Below, piece after piece: positions 1 to 12,809 of a stretch of 64,000 nucleotides of DNA; the stretch's first letter is position 1; each line of letters begins with the position of its first letter. The notes beneath the pieces were generated by a model that worked only from the letters and a program-made list of their open reading frames with translations, ran no database searches and was not told the DNA's origin. The stretch lies in assembly GCF_009914755.1 (NCBI RefSeq), contig NC_060948.1. One strand, written 5' to 3'. Both the position numbers and the translations under genes were made by a program. Origin of the DNA: the human T2T-CHM13v2.0 reference genome, Homo sapiens.

Positions 1-280
<280 letters not shown>

Positions 281-590
281 TTATAAGCTCATTAAAATTC
301 CCTAGAAGATAATCCACAGTATCAACAACCTTCAGTTAATAATATGAATAATATGTAAATAAATTATTATCTGGATTTAACAAAGAAAACTTGCAATGCA
401 GGAGTAGGTTTATGTTTCCTCTGCATCAGTCATTTGAGAGAAATATCTTTAAATATGAAATTGCAAAACCGAATCCTGTTTGTGTCTTTGTCTTTGATAA
501 TGTTCAAATATCAAGGCTCATAAGTATGATCTTCAACAAAAAGGAGCATAATGGAAAAAACTGCAATATCTTTTGAAGATTTTTAACTCA

Positions 591-678
591 GGCTGGGCAC
601 AGTGGCCCATGCCTGTAATCCTAGCAGTTCTGGAGGGCAACCTGGGTGAATCTGCTGAGGTTAGAAGTTTGAAATCAG
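591..678 (+). mobile_element. Alu left-arm fragment (old, 3'-truncated)
   Basis: ggctgggcacagtggcccatgcctgtaatcctagca...gaggttagaagtttgaaatcag; the rest of the Alu is absent. Confidence 0.8.
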
Positions 679-1231
679 TTTCTCTTGTGGTTTGTTTTAT
701 CCAGGTACCAACTTCCCTCCAAAATCAGCCCGCTTGTATTTACTTTCTTCTGACTTCAGATAGTTGATTTGCGTCTCTTCCCCAGATTTTATTCTTATTA
801 CCTGAGCATTTGTTGGTGCAGTATTGGCTTCACTGGACACACAGAAGTGAAATTCCTGAACTGAACTTCTACAGAATTTGATACTTAATTAAGCAAAAAT
901 CAGAGAGTGATGAACTACATGCAAGATAAATATGCCTATCAGAGATTCTGGGGCACATTCGAGTGTGCTCCATGTGCAGTGAAAGAAATATGGTGGCCCA
1001 CTTTGGTTTAATACAAGTGGGAAGGCTGGAAGAAAATCATGCCCTTATAATTGTCAGGGGTAAGTGGCTAGACTGGGTCTTGTCCAACAGCTGAAAATTA
1101 GAGCTGGGAGGTCAGAGGAGCTAACTGTGAATCTTCACAGTACCTATTATGGTCCTGGAGAACAAACACCAAGAATTGTGTCAGAGGAAAGAGATCACAA
1201 TGATAGAGATAGGAAAACTTGAGGACAGATC

Positions 1232-1570
1232 TTTTTTTTTTTTTTTTTGTTTTTTTTTTTGTTTTTTTTTTTGTTTTTTTTTTTTTTTTTGAGACGGAGT
1301 CTCGCTGTCGCCCAGGCTGGAGTGCAGTGGCGCAATCTCGGCTCACTGCAGGCTCCGCCCCCTGGGGTTCACGCCATTCTCCTGCCTCAGCCTCCGGAGT
1401 AGCTGGGACTACAGGCGCCCGCCACCTCGCCTGGCTAATTTTTTGTATTTTTAGTAGAGACAGGGTTTCACCGTGTTAGCCAGGATGGTCTCGATCTCCT
1501 GACCTCGTGATCCGCCCGCCTCGGCCTCCCAAAGTGCTGGGATTACAGGCGTGAGCCACCGCGCCCGGCC
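1232..1570 (-). mobile_element. AluY, AluYe-like subfamily, full length, about 60-nt A tail
   Basis: CpG-rich full Alu. Ye-type features: GGGCGACAGCGAGAC (2-nt deletion), GAACCCCAGGGGGCGGAGCCTGC, GCGAGGTGGCGG. TSD aggacagatctttttt at 1222-1237 and 1572-1587. Confidence 0.93.
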
Positions 1571-1649
1571 CAGGACAGATCTTTTTTAACTAGCATAAGA
1601 ATCAGGAGGTTGTATATTGAGATTGTAAAATGAAGTGAGAGAGCATAAA

Positions 1650-1830
1650 CTGATGAATGGATGAATATAATGTGATAATTTATATAGTGAAATTTTATTT
1701 GGCAACAAAAAGAAAGATGTACCAATGCATGTTACGTCACAGATACATGTTGAAAACATCACGCCAACTGAAAAAGACAGTCAATACAGGCACCCATTGA
1801 ACAAATCCATTTATATAAAAATGGAAGAGA
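1650..1830 (+). mobile_element. Old L1M (L1MB/MC-like) 3' fragment
   Basis: Degenerate match to the L1M 3' end (tgaatggatgaatataatgtg...gaaaacatcacgccaactgaaaaagacagtca...ccatttatataaaa). Confidence 0.5.
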
Positions 1831-2210
1831 CAGAAGAAGAGGCAAATAGCTTTCTCTTCATTTTCTCTTACACTGGCATTTTGCAGAAGAAAATCCCCGC
1901 ATGTTTACTCTTGTCTTGACCTCTGCTTCTCATGGAACATGAGATAGGGTAAGAATCCATCCAACCATCTTGAAGTTTTCATAGCAGCATCTCATGGCAG
2001 TTTCTTCCTCCAGGTGCCATGGCACTATGCCTTCACCCTTCATTTATTTATCTGTCTTTCTTATTTGATTGCAAGATCTTTGAAACCAGAAACATTTTCT
2101 TATTCTTCAAGCCTACTATGCTACGTGACACAGCACTGATGCTTAAAAATTGTGGAAAGAATAAATGAAAGAACACAGTCAGATGAAGTTGCATGAGATG
2201 AAATTACCCA

Positions 2211-3370
2211 AATGCTGGTGAGGATGTGGAAAAAAAAGGGGGGGGACCACTTGTACACTGTTAGTGGGAAAGTAAATTAGTTGGGCCACAATGGAGAGTA
2301 GTCAGGAGGCTTCTCAAAAGACTAAAAAGAGAACTACCGTATGATCTAGTAATCTTACCACCAGGTATACACCCAAAAGAAAGGGAATCAGTATATGGAA
2401 GAGACATCAACAGTCCCGTGTTTACTGCAGCACTACTCACAATAACCAAGGCATGGATTCAGCATAAGTGATCATTAAGAGATGAATGGCTAAAGAAAAT
2501 GAGGTACCTATACACAATGGATAATGGCTGACAGGAAGCAGGACTGGATTGCAGCTCTCAACAGAGCAGCATGCAGAGGCTTGCATTGTGAGTTTTAGCT
2601 GCAGATCAACTGCAAGAAGAAACCAGCAATCCTGAGAGGACCTACACACCTTCTGAAGGAAGTGGACTGCTTTTGCAGGACTGGGGAGACAACTCAAATA
2701 CTGTGAGTGCCCCAACTGTGGAAGTGGCAAAGGTAGATCCTCCTCTCCTGAACACACACCTCCCCTGGAGAAGCTGAATGTCTCTTTGCAGGAGAGGTTT
2801 CTGACTTCACCTGGTGTTGAGTCAAGTTAGGGAGCCAAGTGAAATACAGGGCTAGAGGAAGCAGCGGAAAGGTCCTGGGAGCTTGCTGGGTCCCCAAGCA
2901 GCCCATTCTTGCTTGGCACCACATATACTCAATGAAATTTATCCAGCCATAAAAAAGAAAAAAATCCTCTCATTGACAAGAACATGGATGGAACTGGAGG
3001 ACATTATGTAAAGTGAAATAAGCCAGGCACAGAAAGACAAATTTTGCATGTTCTCACTCATATGTGGGAGCTATTTTTTTTAAATTGAACTCATGGAAAT
3101 AGAGAGTAGAATCATGGTTGCCAGAGGCTGAGAAAGGGAGTGATGCAGAAGGGAGGATAAAATGGGGGTGGTTGACGGGTGCAAAAATAGCAGTTAGATA
3201 GAAGGAATAAAATCTAGTGTTCAGTAGCACAGTATGGTGACTATAGTTAATCACTGTTGTATATTTCAAAATAACTAAAAGAGTAGAATCAGGAAAATAT
3301 CACATGTACTTCATAAACATATACAATGTCCATACAATATATACAATGCCTATAATAGTTAAAAATTTAA
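2211..3370 (+). mobile_element. L1MA-type 3' end, interrupted by an L1PB 5'UTR piece
   Basis: aatgctggtgaggatgtgga...tatacacaatgga, resuming as tatactcaatgaa...catggatggaactggaggacattatg...gttagatagaaggaataa. Confidence 0.85.
2522..2923 (+). mobile_element. L1PBa-type 5'UTR fragment (first ~400 nt only)
   Basis: Matches the recalled L1PBa 5' end (atggctgacaggaagcaggactggattgcagctc...ccagcaatcctgagagga...gggtccccaagcagcccattcttgcttggcaccaca). Flanked by a 16-nt imperfect duplication at 2506-2521 and 2921-2936. Confidence 0.75.
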
Positions 3371-4831
3371 AATTATGACAAAAACAGCAAATTATAATAT
3401 CTGATTAATTTCAGAGCCAACTGTCTCTCTCTATACATCACTGTATACCCCCTAAAAATTCAGATTCAAGGTATGCTCTCTATTTTTATGTCCTTTGTGT
3501 CATTCTCAGTTAGTGGCCTCTGCAGATACTGCAATGCTTCTCATTATATGCCACTCTTTGTGTGTGTGGCTGCTTAAACCACTTAAGGCCTTTTTTTTTT
3601 TTTTTTTTTTAATGTGATTTGAGAGTGAAACATGAAGTGTACTATATCAGCTTCGCTACTCCTCTTTTCTCATGGAGAGAATAGCTTAATAAAATAAGAC
3701 ATGCATTCTAAGTGGGTGATATCTTTTAGGAATGCCACAAATGCAGTAACAGGAAAATTAGGAACCAAATTGCTATTGCAATTCTAGTCAATATTTTCCA
3801 AATATTAGTGGGCATGTAGTACCCTTGGAAATCTACATTAGGGGAAATAATAACTAAAATACTAGTCGTAGACATAATTTGCTACATAAAATGAATTTTT
3901 TTTGCAATAAAGAATGAATCATAATTTGCCCTAGGTAATCCATGAATAGTGTTAAGGAAATGTAACTTCTGCTAACTATATTAGATAATTTACCTCCAGC
4001 TCCTATATTCCTAGTACCTAGATTCAGGAGAATGTGGTTGTACAGTAAAACGTACCTGTACTCCTTTATGAAATAAAATACATTGGATCAATCCCTATAA
4101 TGACTATGCTGTGTGGCTCAAAGTTTTTGTGATCATCATAGAGTGAAATATGGCTCATTTCAAATACTATTAACTTCTCTAATAAATGTACATATTCAGT
4201 GTGTTTTAAGCATAAATTTTGCTTCTAGTTATTTCAATGTGGCTGACAAGGTCATAGCAGTTTTAAAAAATTATAATGAAAGAAATTTCCATCTTGAACT
4301 ATATTCACACAGTGTCAGATTATAGAAAATTGAGCTCATAATGAGACACTCTCTCTTTTTTTATAAACCAGTGTTGTTGGTTTTGTGGGCATATATATTA
4401 GAAACGAGTATTCTTTTGTGGGTTATAGATAATGATATCTTTAATCCCAAAGTCTCTGTCAGCTGAAAGATTCCAAAATGTGCTTTCATAATATAGAGCC
4501 ATTTTTTCATATGGAACCAAAAACTAAATGGCAAAAACATGTTTTTCGTATGATAACCTTAAGAATCATTTACATTATAAAATATTTTTTATTCAAGACC
4601 CAAGAAGCAATGCCATCTGATCAATTGTGTGTCTTTGGCATTAGGCTTTATTTGCCATGTAGTCTAAGAAACATTATCATGACTTTGCCAGATCATTATA
4701 GCTACCAGACAATGATCAATTTTTTTTTTTCCAAAATAAGGTCAAATCTCACATATTTCATAAGTTTTAGAATTCCATTTTTAAAAACAACACAGATGTC
4801 ATGAATATAAACAATTTGCCTTCCAATAGCA

Positions 4832-5280
<449 letters not shown>

Positions 5281-6404
5281 GGCCCTGCTATTAAATGAAG
5301 AGCAAAATGTTATTCCTGAGTGAACACCATAGCACATTGCAAATGCCTCTATTTCGTAGTTTCTAAAATTTCTTCTTTTAGCTTTTTATCAAGAAGCTTC
5401 AGGCATTATCTTACCCAGGGAAATGTCCAGAAATTGCTTACTTTCTTGGAAAACAGAAGAAACATTTTTTTGTTTTGTTTTGTTTTTGTTTTTCCAACTG
5501 ACGAATTTTCTGAGTACAAATGTGGAGTAACCCTCTGTGTTGTAACCTTTCTCATATCATGACCACCTCATAATAATTTAACCCTCCAAATAGTCATCTC
5601 TTTTCAGATGCATGAAGGCAGGAAATAAAGAGACGGAGGACAAAAAGGTAGATCAGGAAGAAATGGGGGAAAAATCAATAAGCCAAACTCAAGCAAACTT
5701 TCAGTAATAACAAATAATGATTATCAATTAGCAAAAGCAGTTATGTGTGTGCTAAAAGTGGAACATAAGTAACATGATATTTTATTTGAAGAGACATCAT
5801 GCTTTTTAGAATGTCTAATAATTATGTTGTTCCCATAATTCACACCTAACCGTGCAATTACTTTTCTGTAAGGTACAGATAACCTCCTGTAAATCTGTAA
5901 TAGTGAACCGATATTGGGCATTTTCTCCACACATGCCAATTCATATATTTAAGTTAAGCTTCTTATAAGAAAATAATACTGTACTTTTTTCTAAAATTAC
6001 TTTTTCATCACTAATGATTTTGAATTTAGTACCATTTTTTCCTAATGACATTCAAGTTAACCTGTTTTGACCAATTATTTTATCCTTCAATGGATAGTCA
6101 TTTTAATTTTGTTCCTTTAATTCTATGTTTAACATATATTGGTGGAAGAGGAGGTAGGGTCTTGCCATTGTATAATCATTGAACTTCCGTATACTAGTTA
6201 ATGGTTAAATATGTAGCTACAAGATTTAGTGACATATTAGAAGCAAAAAAGCAATTTAAATTATAATATCCATACTTTAAAATAACAATTACAGGACCAT
6301 ATGAATATATCTAACCTATTTCCCAATGAATAGTGAGAAAGTAGCGTTAACAAAAAATAATATAAATATTTAGAATACAGAGTACAGCAAAATAAGGAGA
6401 CAGT

Positions 6405-6878
6405 ATTATAAATAGATCTTTACAAATCATATACCTTTGAGTTGCACAATTTGATGCTTTCCTATGTGTATATATTGTGAAATATTACCACAATAAATTT
6501 ACTTGACACATCTATCACCTCACATAGTTAGCATGTGTGTGTGTGTGTGTGTATGTGTGTATGGGTAGTGAGGACACTTAAGACCTACTGTTTTAGTGCA
6601 TTTCAAGCATACAATACAGTATTGATAACTATCATCACCATACTGTACACTGGTTCTCCAGAACCTGTTTATCTTTCATCATAACTAAAAGTTTGTACTG
6701 TTTGACAATCATCTCCCCAATTTTTCCACACCTCAGTCCTGGTAACCATTGTCCTACCTTCTGCTTTTATGTGGTCAACTTTTAAAATTCAACACATCAG
6801 TGAGATCATGCAGTATTTATCTTCCTCTGCCTGACTTATTTAGATTAGCTAACGCCTAGTTGTAAATGACAGGATTTT
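6405..6878 (-). mobile_element. L1MA9-like 3' end with internal (TG)n
   Basis: acatctatcacctcacatagtta...acttaagacctact...gcatacaatacagtattgataactat...gtgagatcatgcagtattt. Confidence 0.8.
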
Positions 6879-7184
6879 TACTAAAAGTGCTAGAATCTCC
6901 TTTGATAAGCCAGTTTGAGGTGTAAATGAAAATGTGTCGATTGCCTTCCTATGAGACACATGGATTCCAACTGGGATAATATGTGATGATGGTGAAACAA
7001 TAGAGCTATTATTGCTATAGAAATTAAGGAAATTGGAATTGAACATGATGACTTCCCTTTGCCTTGCATAGAGACAGACCTTCCTATGTGACCCACCCTC
7101 AGGTAAAAAAGTTAACCATGGAAGTCTGCTAATATCTGAACTCTGCTTTTATACTGAATATAGGATGTCTGCCTATTGGTCATT

Positions 7185-7605
7185 ACACTATCATTATTGT
7201 CATCATCACTCCCCCTATTGCCATCATATTACCATCATCCCCATCATCATCATCATCACCATCACTATCGTCATCATCACAATCATCATTACCAACATTG
7301 CCATCACCATCAGAAACATCATTACCCTCATTGCCATCACCATCATCACCAACATCATTACCGTCGTCTTCATCATTATCATCCCTGTCACCAACTTCAC
7401 CATCACCATTATCATCACAATCATCACCATCACCAAAATCATCACCATCATTATCATCACCATTATCATCATCATTGCCATTACCATCATCATCATCACC
7501 ACCATCACCATGATCACCACCACAATCATCATCACCGTCATCATCACAATCATCTTCATCACCATCACCATCATCACCATCTACATCACAATCATCATTA
7601 CCACT
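7185..7605. repeat. Imperfect (CAT/CAC)n trinucleotide repeat, ~420 bp
   Basis: Direct inspection; it produces the low-complexity ORFs at 7165-7746. Confidence 0.97.
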
Positions 7606-7889
7606 TGTGTATCTTTTACTGTTGACCAAGTACTTTCCTATGTTTTCTTACTTGAAATGAATTTTATGAATTTCTGTCTTCAGGAAATCGTCTGCAAAAT
7701 GAATAGACAAGTTGAAACTGAAACACAAGCCATGAACAAGAGTTAAGTGCTTAAATATCTTGCAGTAAACAGTACTTAAGTCCTTGATATGCTACAGAAA
7801 AATGCTGGAAAGGGCAGATGAAGCATGTTAGCATTGGAAAAAAAAGCTAGAGCTATCAGAAGTAAACTTCTTGGAGAAGTAGACCCTGA

Positions 7890-8045
7890 GATCCATTCAC
7901 CGATCCAGAAAATAATTTTTGAGTGCCTGTTTTATTTTGTGCAGTAGTTGTGAGGGGCTGCAAAGATACGTGAGTAAAAAGCTTCATCTACAAGAGAAAC
8001 ATGCAAGCTAATGAGGAAGAAAGATAAGCAAATAATGTGATTATA
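7890..8045 (-). mobile_element. L2 3' end fragment
   Basis: atccattcac...aataatttttgagtgcctgt...gctgcaaagatac resembles the L2 terminal region. Confidence 0.45.
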
Positions 8046-8527
8046 GTCTTACCCAGGCTTCCCTTAACAGTGGTGGGAAAAGCTTGTGGGTGGATAATTT
8101 AGGTAAGAATGTAGTTCCAGAAAGAAGGCGTCTAGAACAAAGGAAATAAAATAGAGAACACCCAGTACAATGATGCTTCATTGACTCATCCACCTCCAGA
8201 ATAGCACATGTTCAATCCTGTCAGGGACCTTCTGAAAAGCCTCTGAAATACACCTTAAAATTGTCTATCTGAGACATCAAAGGGGTAAACCACTTATTTT
8301 ACAGCTCCTGATAGGCAGTGGCCAAGGGTGGCGCCATTGGCGCTATGATCTGTGGCTGCCCGTGAGTGGTGGGCTTTGTGGATGTCTTATGCTATGTCAG
8401 AGAAACCCTAAGCCAAGCAGCATGGAAGACTGTTGTCCAGTTATACTCGGATAAAGCACCACACAGAAGTGACAGTGTAAGTGTTGGAGAAGAAAGGATA
8501 TTGAGGAACATAAAAGATGTCAATACA
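8046..8527 (-). mobile_element. LTR33-family (ERVL) solo LTR
   Basis: Starts tcttacccaggcttccc; internal ttcaatcctgtcagggacc and cagagaaaccctaagccaag; ends ggatattgaggaacataaaagatgtcaataca. Confidence 0.6.
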
Positions 8528-9222
8528 ACAACTCTACAAAAGTCTTCCTTCCATACCCTAATAATAGCAAAATCTAAAACAAATGTATATGCTTTGATAG
8601 AGCAAATAACTCTCACATTTATTTAATAAATTTTGAAATTTAGTTTCATTTTGCCTTGACAGGTGACCACACAATAACTACTAATTCTCTAAGATAAGAA
8701 TATTTTCTCTAGCTTTCTAAGAATTGGAATGTTATGAAATTAACCATTCATTTTGTTTGTGTACTCTACAGTTTACTTTCAAAATAAGCAAATCTGTGAC
8801 ATATGCCCTTACAACGTTTCATACCAATTCTTAAATAAAATATAATTTGAGTTTCGCAGTGAAGTTTTATATACATTTTTAAATAATAATTTGAGTTTCA
8901 CAACACTGAAGTGAGAATTTTTAGTGTTTTCTAAGATAAGTATTCTTTACTTCTTAAAACATCACCTTTATATTTCAACTCAGAAACATGTCTTTAAATA
9001 ATATAAGATTATCTTGCAGGGAGAAATATGTTCTACATTTTGTAGGAAGGTAGCACCTGAAATACATTCTCCAAAAAGGAAGGAAGAAAGGACTGACAAG
9101 AGAAAGTGGTTATTCCGTGAATATGGTACATCTTGGATTGAGGATTGATATTCGGTGAATGATGGCTGGCCCCGTAGGTCTATACAAAGCCAACTTCTGT
9201 GAAAAACAGTGTTGATGCTTCA

Positions 9223-9372
9223 ACAGTGATTCCTATTCTTGGCTCCACATTAGAATGACCCAAGGAGCTCTTTGTGTAAAATGCTGATGTAAAGGACACC
9301 TCCTTAAAGCAATAAAACCGATGCTGACCTTGATTTACAATGTGCAGCTATAGTTGAGAGCCACTTGCCTAG
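9223..9372. mobile_element. MER5-family hAT MITE
   Basis: cagtgattcc...ggctccacattagaatgacc...aatgtgcagctatagttgagagccact. Confidence 0.65.
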
Positions 9373-9685
9373 AGGAGATCTTCTCAATCTTAATTCTGCA
9401 TGGAACTTCATTGTATTTCTCACATATATCACATGTTCATGGGGGAAAAAATGAAAAAGAATTGTGAACTATAAAGTACTCCACATTTTACATACAAAAA
9501 CATCCTGAATATATGTTGAGGTTAGCAGGAAGAAATCATCTCTTACTCCTTAAGATTGGAATCTACAGAGGGAAGAATACCTTATGTCTTAAAAATAATA
9601 TTTTGGACACATAGCAAATTTCAAATCCAGCTTTATTTTTTGAAGAATTAAATGGGGGTCACAATATTTTTCCAGTAAACATTCC

Positions 9686-9687
<2 letters not shown>

Positions 9688-9746
<59 letters not shown>
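9688..9746. repeat. (TA)n(CA)n microsatellite
   Basis: Direct inspection. Confidence 0.97.
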
Positions 9747-10190
9747 TTAGCTGTGGTCAGAGTGATGACATGAGACTTTCTAAATACACAGCTCACGCAC
9801 TGTACCGCTGGGGTAATTGGCCATTTATCTCATCGCATAATAGAAAATGCTCAGACATAAACCCATTATTATCCAAAAGGTATAATTGCTATTGAAGGCC
9901 CATGAAGAATCCACTCAGAGAGCAAAAACAGTCTGATCTTAATAGTGTGTACATAACACAGCCTACAGGCAGATTTCAAATTACCCCCGTGAAATCCCAA
10001 CAAATTAAGAAAGAAGCATTCAGAATTACATAGTGAAACTTTCCTGTGTGGAAAGAAAGACTTGTAGGTTCTGATTCTTACCATTACCAGGAAGGGCATA
10101 GACTTGGGGTTGGGGAACAAAATTGACAGCCTGAGTTTAGGATTCTGTCAGACACAGGTGCTTTGTGGCATTTTGTGAGAAAGGAAGATT

Positions 10191-10302
10191 AGTTTGCTTT
10201 CAAAAGACTCTGTTTACTTTCCAAAGACTCAGTTTGCTTTCGAAAGACTCAGTTTGCTTTCGAAAGAACTGAGCTCAGTTTGCTTTCAAAAGAACTGCTT
10301 TC
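10191..10302. repeat. 20-bp minisatellite, ~5 copies (agtttgctttcRaaagactc)
   Basis: Units start at 10191, 10211, 10231, 10251 and about 10277. Confidence 0.9.
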
Positions 10303-10509
10303 TGAATTCCTATACACCACCCATTTATGAATTATCTATCACTAGATTTTTATCAAAATCTGACAACTTGTTGAAATGTTGTATTTCCTGGTGAGAACAC
10401 TTCTTTGTATAAGAAATTGGAGAGTTTTCTCCACTTATATAAAAATGGCACTCCTTTTAGTTGTCCCAACATAATGTCTTTCTCATTTAGTAAGCAAGGT
10501 ATTAGACCT

Positions 10510-11045
10510 TATTAGTTATTGATTATTAGAGAACAAAGTATTTCAAAAGTTAGTGACTTAGAACAACACAAGTGTGTCGTCTCACAATGTCTCTGGTTAG
10601 GAACCTGGGCACAGGTTAACTGGGTTCTCTGACCATAATCATGTTAAGGCTTAACAGGAAAATATTCCACTTTCAGCTCTTGCAGTTGCTGGCAGAATTC
10701 AGATTTGATTTCTTTTAGGTTGGTGGGCTAATGGATAGGTTGATGGACTTGATGACAGTTTGACAGAGGTCTCTATTTGTTCTTTGCTGTGCTAGCTTCT
10801 GACACATGGCAGCATGCATCATGAAAGTGTTTAAGTCAAAAAAGTAGTAGAGGTTGCCTGCTACCAAGAGAGTGGCTACATACCTTTCAGACCCAATCAT
10901 GAAAGTAGCAGTTCATCATTTTTTGTATGTCATTTATTAGAAGGAAGTCTTTAGGTCCTATCCACACACAAAGAGGGAATTATAACATGGGTGTGACAGT
11001 TCAGGAGGTGGCGTTGTTAGGAGTTCTCTCAGAAGCAGCTGAGCC
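10510..11045 (-). mobile_element. MLT1 (F/G-like) MaLR LTR
   Basis: aaagttagtgacttagaacaaca...tctcaca...aggaacctgggcacaggttaactggg...attagaaggaagtc...caggaggtgg. Confidence 0.75.
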
Positions 11046-11550
11046 CTTAAACCTGCCACATAAGAATGAAAAGGTATTCAAAGAGATAATGAGTCCCAGG
11101 CATTGTACACACTTCTGAGTAGAGAATAACCAATCAATCAATACAGCATACTGGACCAATATCCATTGCGTTTTTTAATAGTTCTTTCTCAGTGTTACAG
11201 GGTAGGTTTAAGCAAAGTTATTTTAAAAATACTGGAAAATTATTTCCGCTGCTTTTCTTATCCTTTCACATGATATAATACTCCATATGGCAATTAGATT
11301 TACTTACACCTCTTAAAAAGTTTTGCTGTTAATAGAATAACAGAAACAAAATAATTTTGTTTTGTTTGTTAAACTTCCAGGAATGATAAATCCATATCAA
11401 ACTGTATGAGATAAAGTTTCATAATGGAAGAGAGAAAGTTTCGTAGTGGAAGAACTGTACAGTTCTTTGCTGCCTGTATTTTTAAATTAAACTTAGATTT
11501 TTAATAAGATATTCTGATTATTTAAAAGATGTTCAGCTCTGGTGGCTCAT

Positions 11551-11846
11551 TGGGCATGGTGGCTCATGCCTGCAATCCCAGCATGTTAGGAGGCCGAGGT
11601 GGGCAGATTTCTTGGGCCCAGGAGTTCAAGGCCAGCCTGGAGAACATGGAAAAACTCCATCTTTACTAAAAATACACAAATCAGCTGCACATGGTGGCAT
11701 GTGCCTGTGGTCCCAGTGGCTTGGGAGGCTGAGGAAGGAGGATTACCTGAGCCTGTGCAGTTGAGGCTGCAGGGAGCCAACATCATGCCACTGTGCTACA
11801 GCATGGACATCAGAGTGACACACTGTCTCAAACAAACAAACAAAAA
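11551..11846 (+). mobile_element. AluJ
   Basis: Full dimer with J-type gggcccaggagttcaag and gaggctgcag; tail is (CAAA)n. Confidence 0.9.
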
Positions 11847-11924
11847 TATGGTCACAATAGAAAATATCAAAATGTATAGAGGCAAACAAACTTCTACAAC
11901 AGAAAACAAAATCACTGTGTACAT

Positions 11925-12043
11925 TTTTAACAAATTTGTTGAGATATAATTCCCACACCACACAATTAACCTGCATAAAGTCCACATTTAGTGGTTTTAA
12001 ATGAATTCATGGAATTGTGCCACCATCAACACAACCAATATTA
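11925..12043 (-). mobile_element. L1MB 3' terminal fragment
   Basis: ttgagatataattcccacaccacacaattaacc...aaagt...tagtggtttt...tgtgccaccatca. Confidence 0.65.
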
Positions 12044-12239
12044 GTCCACTTACATTTTAACATACAAACCCCTATCTTTTTGGCCCATGCATTCGTATAT
12101 ATATATATATATTAGCTTTACATAATATATTATGAGCATTTCTCATATTCATGAATGTTCTACAAGAGTATGATTTACAATAAGTACACAGTAATTAAAA
12201 AAAGAAATCTTACTTCTTTGATTATTTATTCTCTGCCAA

Positions 12240-12380
12240 ACACTTTATTGAGTAATGGATTGTGCCATTTAGTCTTCACAATAATCTTATGAAATAGGTA
12301 CTGTAATTTTTAAAGAATTGGAGATATTATAGAAGGCTAAATTTCTGGACCACAGTGACATGCTCAGGAAGTAAGTGGGT
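12240..12380 (-). mobile_element. MIR fragment
   Basis: catttagtcttcacaataatcttatgaaataggtactgt resembles the MIR core. Confidence 0.45.
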
Positions 12381-12411
12381 GGGTGGGATAAAGGGGTCTA
12401 ACTCATCTTTC

Positions 12412-12706
12412 TTTTTTTTTTTTTTTTTTTTTTGACACTGAGTCTCAACTCTGTCATCCAGACTGGAGTGTAGTGGTACAATTTCAGCTTACTGTAAACC
12501 CTGCCCCCAGGCTCAAGTGATTCTTCTGCTTCAGTGTCCTGAGTAGCTGGGACGATAGGAGTGCACTACCACAGCTGGCTAATGTTTTCTATTTTTTTGT
12601 ATAGAGATGGGGTTTTACCATGTTGGCCAGGTGGGTCTTGTATTCTTGGACTCAGGATCTCTGCCTAGGCCTCTCAAAGTTCTGGGATTACAGATGTGTG
12701 GCACTG
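12412..12706 (-). mobile_element. AluJ/old AluS
   Basis: Poly-T plus Alu body; TSD actcatctttctt at 12401-12413 and 12707-12719. Confidence 0.9.
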
Positions 12707-12809
12707 ACTCATCTTTCTTAAAACATAGGTCTCAGTTAAGTTGACTGACCAAGCCCATAGTGTTGAATATTAAAATTGTTTCCAGTTTTGAGATATGATT
12801 TTCATATTT

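Noticed and set aside
7165-7746. 193-aa hydrophobic, His-rich and Asp-rich ORFs as real proteins
   Set aside because: All derive from the (CAT/CAC)n repeat; no splice or promoter context seen.
8831-8912. Short imperfect tandem duplication (also one at ~11408-11453)
   Set aside because: Ordinary slippage duplications with no further structure.
10191-10302. CRISPR-like repeat array
   Set aside because: Units are directly tandem with no unique spacers, there are no cas genes, and the DNA is primate.
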